A stretch of 57,276 nucleotides of DNA, filler included, from Trichosphaerium sp. ATCC 40318 (Eukaryota > Protista > Tubulinea): assembly GCA_038496445.1 (NCBI GenBank). It is 3 parts of 3 records of this genome, joined end to end, with 100 filler letters (N's around TTAATTAATTAA, not from the genome) between each part and the next. Parts side by side here need not be neighbours in the genome. Positions count along the whole stretch, not along the records: positions 38,492 to 57,276 come from JALMLS010000051.1; 2 more parts are not named here. One strand, written 5' to 3'. A program made the position numbers and the translations under genes. Of this stretch, positions 54,577 to 57,276 are shown one piece after another. A model generated the notes under the pieces. The model worked only from the letters and a program-made list of their open reading frames with translations. It was not told the origin of the DNA and ran no database searches. Numbering within the stretch: position 1 is the first letter of the stretch; each line of letters starts with the position of its first letter.

Positions 54577-57276
54577 CTAATGTGTATCATCACCACCTGT
54601 GTTCGGATGAAGACCACCAATACCATCTCCAGGAGGATGATTTTGTAGATTAGGAGTTTGGTTTAAACCAGGTACATTTGTACCACCAAGAGTTGTCCCT
54701 CCGTTGCCTAGATGAGATATAGGCTACACAAAGAAAGTAAGAAAAAGGAAAAAAACATATATAACATCTATAGCGACCTGTTTTCTGGTGGAAGGCCAAA
54801 AGTTCAAACAACAAAAAAAATGAAGAAAAAAGGCGTACTGAGGCTGAATGATGAACAGGTTGATACATCGATACATTATTACCAAATACCAAATTCGGAC
54901 CACTTCCGGAATACATCTGAGGTGCTTGTGGAGTATTATCTACAACACGAGGATCTGGTACAGCTAGAAGAAGAAAACTGTCAAAAAACAAACAGATAAG
55001 AAAGAAAAAAATAAGAAAACGTACAACTCATTCCAGGCATCACAGGGTATCCACTGTGACCATACCCATGACCACCTTGTGGTCGATAACCATGTTGCAT
55101 ACCACCAGGAAGCTGTCCCATTTGTTGAGATGCAGGTGACATTTGATAATGAGAAGCCATTGACTCATAACCTTGAGGCTGAGTTGGCTTAGGCATCAAG
55201 TTACCTCCAAGAGAATTAACACTACCAAGCTGAGCGCCTGTCATTTGTCCAAGACCAGTAGGTGGCTGAACAAAAGATGTAGGCGGTTGCATTTGACTGA
55301 ATGTCGTTGACGGTTGGACAGGCATCGTAGGTTGTTGTTGTGGAGGTAAAGTCGAAACGCTTGAAGGAACTTGTTGCAATCCAAAGGATTGCGAAGGTGC
55401 CGGCATATTCATTGGTCTAAAGTTCCATTCAGGTGTTTGTCCAATACCTGTACTAGTAGGCGGTTGTGTAGCGCTTAGCCCATGATGTTGTGGATTCTGC
55501 ATCTGTTGTTGTACAATACGTTGAGGTGTTTGATTAGAAACAACAAGACGCTGTGGAGGCATCTGTTGTTGTTGAGCATGACCAACAGTACTGCCAATAG
55601 TTTGTTCAGTAGTAAGTTGTGATTGTACAGCAGATGGTGTTGAAGAAGGAGCAGAAGGTTGTTGCTTCTTAGCATCAGCAGCAGGATTAGATGTGAAAAA
55701 CTTTATCTGGAACTGTTGCTGTCCTGGTGCAGATGTCACAGGTGAAGATTTAGCTGCTAATGAAGCTGCGGCTGCAGCTGCAGCCTGTTCGTTGTTGTTT
55801 ACAAACTTTAGAGGTTCCTTCTTTGTCTTCTTAACATTGAACTTTATCTTTGTCTGTTGTTTGCTTTGGTGATACTTTGTGCAACGATCAGCATGAGGTA
55901 GGCTCGCAATAAGTTCAGCAATAACAGGATTGCCATAACCAAAATACTCTGGACCAGAAACTGAAGATCTCTTAGCACTATCTTGCTTTGCAGCTGAAAC
56001 ACGCTTCAGAATTATTCCCCAAGCTTTACTGGCAGAGTCTGCAATGGCAGGATGTTCAGTATCATCAGAAGGAATCACCTAATAATCACGTGTTAGCCAA
56101 AAAAAAAAGAAGAATCTAAAATTGTGACTTGATCGTTTTTTGAAGTTTCAACGTTATAAAGCCACGTGATAATGAACGTGTAATGAACATATTAGCCTAT
56201 ATGACTTGTTTACGTACACGAAATTGTGGCTTATCACCACCATCGATAATCTCACACTCATATTTACATTTCTTGCTTGGATTTACCGTACTCGTGTACT
56301 CTCTAATACTCTTGAATCCCAAAGGCCAAATATACTTTTCAGAATGAAACGTAGGTCTATCTGTAACAATAGCACCCAAGCATTCAATAGTAAGTACACC
56401 CATCTTTACAGGAAATATAACAGAACCATCAGGGTTACGCTTTATGCTGTTCTCAAACTGGAAGAAGAAAAAAGTAAGAAAAAAAGAACAACCAAAAAAA
56501 AAAGCCAACAAGACGTACCTTTCGTTTCTTTTTACCGTCGCCAGTTTTTGTAGCACGTTTTCGTTTTTTACCTGCTGTCTTCGTCTTATCTGTACTTGAT
56601 GATTGACTTGATTTAGGCTTTACTTGACCAAACTCTATTATGGTCTTTATACAATAGTTTGCCCGTTTCCAAAGCACGTGATCCTTTGGAAAGTCCATAA
56701 CAGCAGCAAACTTTCCACGCTTCTGATTAGCAGCTAAAGTAGCTTTACTCTTCTTGTCAGAAGAGGCTTCACCATTAGCACCTTCAGAGGGTTTATCAAT
56801 ATCCATCCCATCAGCCTTAAAAACACTTCCGTCAAACAAACAAAAACATAAAGCTAAAAAAACTGATGCGTTACCTCATCAGATTCATCCCATTTTCCTT
56901 GAGCCTTTAGACGTTCTTCTGCAACTGATCTGAACGGTAAGTCTTTATCTTCACACATTTCCTCAAGTTTCCCATAACCATGTTTATCCAAACTATACAA
57001 CAAACCTATAAAGAGTAAGACTCACAAAAAATAAAAGAAAAAAAAAAAGAAAATAAAGAAAATCTATTGGCGCAGAATGTGGGTTACCTTCATCATGAAC
57101 ACGAGGTTTCCACCAATCAGGAAGTCCAGCAGTCTTATTGATACCAGTCAAACGTTTTGTAATATCTTCCTTAGAGAACAAGAAGACTTTCAATCGGAGA
57201 TTACTAAACAAAGAGATACGATCCAATGCACGCTTTGCTTGAGTAACAGATAATCCAATATCAATCCTCTCAGCAG
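54577..57276 (-). CDS. CHD-like chromatin remodeller, 3' part, with FYRN/FYRC domain and Q/P-rich tail (5' end outside window)
   Basis: LPDWWKPRVHDE...LDKHGYGK (CHD SANT/SLIDE-like); FYRN LGAIVTDRPTFHSEKYIWPLGFKS; FYRC VSGPEYFGYGNPVIAELIASLP. Confidence 0.8.

Overview
This is AT-rich, gene-dense eukaryotic DNA with many very short (~40-70 nt) introns. It is most likely an amoebozoan protist (inference from an Acanthamoeba-like 5S rRNA, a cAMP-receptor-like GPCR, a PH-domain PI3K and a U12-type intron). Two artificial 100-bp N/TTAATTAATTAA spacers split it into three pieces (1-19844, 19945-38391, 38492-57276). The standout is 1-14326: a large inverted duplication (~4.5-kb arms, carboxylesterase 3' ends at the outer edges) enclosing five paralogous orphan genes (A-E). 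They share a near-identical ~550-680 bp 5' cassette (upstream DNA plus a ~44-47-codon mitochondrial-presequence-like leader) fused in frame to strongly diverged bodies with NLS-like basic clusters and a C-terminal SAM-like domain. Both orientations occur, the cassettes are mosaic, and the layout resembles an invertible constant/variable cassette locus. The remainder holds a secreted DUF11-like protein, an ADP-ribosylglycohydrolase fragment, an EPDR/LolA-like EGF membrane protein, an F-box protein with 22-aa LRRs, a 1.27-kb foldback element, a two-PH PI3-kinase, a GPCR, a decayed Mutator-like transposase, a stand-alone alpha-adaptin ear protein with DPF motifs, a 5xSH3-PH protein with an intronic 5S rRNA gene, a PB1-TPR-UBA protein, VIT1/CCC1, a KCTD9-like protein, a small secreted Cys protein, a DUF6939/NADAR-like protein and the 3' part of a CHD-like FYR-domain gene. 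Exon boundaries were read by eye and family calls come from motif recognition, not database searches.
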